A stretch of 36,380 nt of DNA from Solirubrobacterales bacterium (GTDB lineage Bacteria; Actinomycetota; UBA4738; HRBIN12), in NCBI GenBank assembly GCA_050259555.1, contig JBLNAW010000080.1, positions 1 to 36,380 of the forward strand, written 5' to 3'. This document shows, piece by piece, positions 34,782 through 36,380 of this stretch. Every line of letters begins with the position of its first letter. The stretch's first letter is position 1. The notes beneath the pieces are model-generated. The model had not been told where the DNA came from, did not search any database, and saw nothing but the letters and a program-made list of their open reading frames with translations. The position numbers were made by a program, and so were the translations under genes.

Positions 34782-36158
34782 CTAGGCGAGGGCGGGTGGC
34801 GCGAGAGCCGCCGCCGTCCTCCAGACCGCCAGCTCGAAGAGGGCGAGGATCGCCGTCAGCAGGAGGAACCCCGCGACCCCGACATCGACCACGAGCAGGA
34901 CCAGGACGAACAGCGCGGCGCCTGCGAGCATCAGCGGGTCGCGCCGTGAGGCGACCCAGCGAGCGGTCGGTCCGGCCTGCGTCCCTCGCACGGCTCCGAC
35001 CGCGGCAGCCACGACGTCCACGACACCGCTGCGCATCCGCGTGGCCCAGCCGTAGGGCCCGGTGACCAGGGCCATCGCGCTCGCGAGGACGGCGATCCAC
35101 AGGAGCCACTTCGTGTACCGGAGGAGGCCCCCGAGGAGCACATCGGCGATCGCCCGGCCGGCGGCTCGCGCCTCGGGTGCGAGTCCGGCCACCACGCTGT
35201 CGACCGTGGCGATGGCGAACCGCCGTTCGAGGACGAGGACGATCGTGGACGCGACGAGCAGCTGCAGCAGCGTCCGCCGACGTCGCTGCGAAACGAGGAG
35301 CGCGGCCGCGAACGTCAGCACCCACAGCACCACGACGAGAACGACCGCCCGGTCGAACAGGTTGACGGCTTGCTGGACGGCCTCGATCTCGTTCGCGTCG
35401 TAGATCTCGATCGCCCCGAGGTTGTCGGGAAGATCGACGCCGAGGGCCGACTCGATCTGCGTGATGGCCTCGCTCGGGACCGTTGTCGCGGTGATCTCCG
35501 GCATCTGGACCGGTCGTCCGACCAGATCGGAGACCAGCCCGGTGAGATCCTTGAGCGTCTCGTTCACGATCGGAAGGGTGTTCAGCACCACCTTGCCGTC
35601 GACGATCCTCACGGCTTCGGAGTCACCCCCGAGCACCGCGAGGATCTGCGCGTGGGCAACACGGTTGGCCTCGGCCCACAGTCGTTGGAACGTCTCGCTC
35701 GCGAGGAGCTGCTCGACACGGGACCGGATCCGCTCATGGACGGCCTGCGTGATCGGGCCGGCGAGGAAGCCGAGCTCGGTCCGCACGCCGGACAGGGCGG
35801 ACCGTAGCCTGGCCTCGACGTCGAGCGCCTCGAACGCGGCGTCGGTGATCCTGGCCGCGAGGCGCTGCTGGACCGCAGGCTCGGCAGCGATCTGCGAGGT
35901 GTACTCCACGTACCGGTCCGTGTTCAGGACGGTCCGGCGGGTCCACGTGCCCGGCACCGCGGCCGCGAACGCCACCACCGACACGACGACGAGGGCCACG
36001 GCCGCGATCGCACGTAACCGCCGTGGCGCGGATGGCCCATGGAGCCGGTCGACCTCTCCCCTCAGACGGTCCCGCTCACGCTCGAGACTCTCGATCTCCT
36101 GCCGGAGCTGGCCCGGATCTCCACCGCTCATGGCATCACGCCCCCTCGGCTCGGTCAT
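34782..36158 (-). CDS. Hypothetical membrane protein: N-terminal coiled-coil-like segment, one TM, ~250-aa extracytoplasmic domain, C-terminal multi-TM block
   Basis: LRQEIESLERERDRLRGEVDRL is followed by AIAAVALVVVSVVAFAAAV, then four hydrophobic segments at the C-terminus. The ATG at 36158 has GAGAGGGAG 6 nt upstream; the track start at 36296 is unsupported. I recognised no family. Confidence 0.6.
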   Translation of the reverse strand: MTEPRGRDAMSGGDPGQLRQEIESLERERDRLRGEVDRLHGPSAPRRLRAIAAVALVVVSVVAFAAAVPGTWTRRTVLNTDRYVEYTSQIAAEPAVQQRLAARITDAAFEALDVEARLRSALSGVRTELGFLAGPITQAVHERIRSRVEQLLASETFQRLWAEANRVAHAQILAVLGGDSEAVRIVDGKVVLNTLPIVNETLKDLTGLVSDLVGRPVQMPEITATTVPSEAITQIESALGVDLPDNLGAIEIYDANEIEAVQQAVNLFDRAVVLVVVLWVLTFAAALLVSQRRRRTLLQLLVASTIVLVLERRFAIATVDSVVAGLAPEARAAGRAIADVLLGGLLRYTKWLLWIAVLASAMALVTGPYGWATRMRSGVVDVVAAAVGAVRGTQAGPTARWVASRRDPLMLAGAALFVLVLLVVDVGVAGFLLLTAILALFELAVWRTAAALAPPALA

Positions 36159-36380
36159 CGGACGCTCCCTCTCGCACGAGGGCATCTGTGCCCGGTCAAC
36201 GACCTCTCCGAGGACCATCGCAGGCGGGTGCATCCAGCGCATCGTCCTATCAGGTTGATATGCGGGCGGCCCGAGGACCGTGGAGACGTGACCCAAGCGG
36301 GTCTATCGCACCCGTGCGTGGTCGCGACCGCTCACTCAGGGTCGGGGAGTTCCGGGCTCTCCAAAGCGGCCTCGACGTCG

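Noticed and set aside
36332-36380. Possible 3-prime end of another minus-strand gene at the right edge (...DVEAALESPELPDPE*)
   Set aside because: Only about 15 codons are visible and two frames end in TGA within 4 nt of each other. That is insufficient to support a call.
1-36380. Search for CRISPR arrays, IS elements or transposases, integrases, prophage genes, toxin-antitoxin pairs, tRNA/rRNA genes
   Set aside because: I saw no regularly spaced direct repeats, no terminal inverted repeats flanking a transposase-like ORF, and no cloverleaf-compatible intergenic segments. Intergenic regions are short, and the only tandem repeat is the in-frame 27-nt coding repeat.

Overview
Very GC-rich, tightly packed bacterial chromosome segment with Actinomycetota-like codon usage and SD sequences. 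Nearly all genes are on the minus strand, and 13 gene junctions are 4-nt ATGA/GTGA start/stop overlaps. No CRISPR array, IS element, integrase, tRNA or rRNA was seen.

Left to right:
- A partial agmatinase-family gene.
- A LuxR-type two-component system divergent from an MMPL transporter.
- A large [NiFe]-hydrogenase locus (4971-17488, minus strand):
  - hyhB-hyhG-hyhS-hyhL plus an endopeptidase, i.e. a cytoplasmic group 3b NAD(P)-linked 'sulfhydrogenase' type.
  - A Tat-exported HybA-like 4x[4Fe-4S] protein and a HybB/NrfD-like membrane subunit.
  - A second, degenerate endopeptidase paralog.
  - hypF-hypC-hypD-hypE. No hypA or hypB is present.
- A nicotinate phosphoribosyltransferase and a DHA2 MFS exporter behind a conspicuous AT-rich promoter/operator island.
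- A LiaF/DUF4097-like membrane protein.
- A sulfur-acquisition supercluster: a NitT/TauT-type ABC importer, sulfate importer sbp-cysT-cysW-cysA, and an unannotated YezD-like small ORF.
- An aldo/keto reductase.
- An MFS transporter coupled to an unknown membrane protein.
- A four-gene operon of uncharacterised envelope proteins: membrane protein, YihY/BrkB, a 9-residue tandem-repeat protein, and RDD.

Most interesting items:
- The periplasm-facing HybA/HybB module and a crippled protease paralog sit inside a cytoplasmic group 3b hydrogenase locus, with no periplasmic catalytic subunits.
- A structured, SD-sequestering leader with a 15-nt direct repeat lies upstream of the sulfate transporter.
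- The repeat-protein/RDD/YihY operon has no assignable function.

Many long ORFs in the supplied track are GC-driven shadow frames or N-terminal over-extensions. I trimmed or rejected them using motifs, SD sequences and overlapping stop/start codons.
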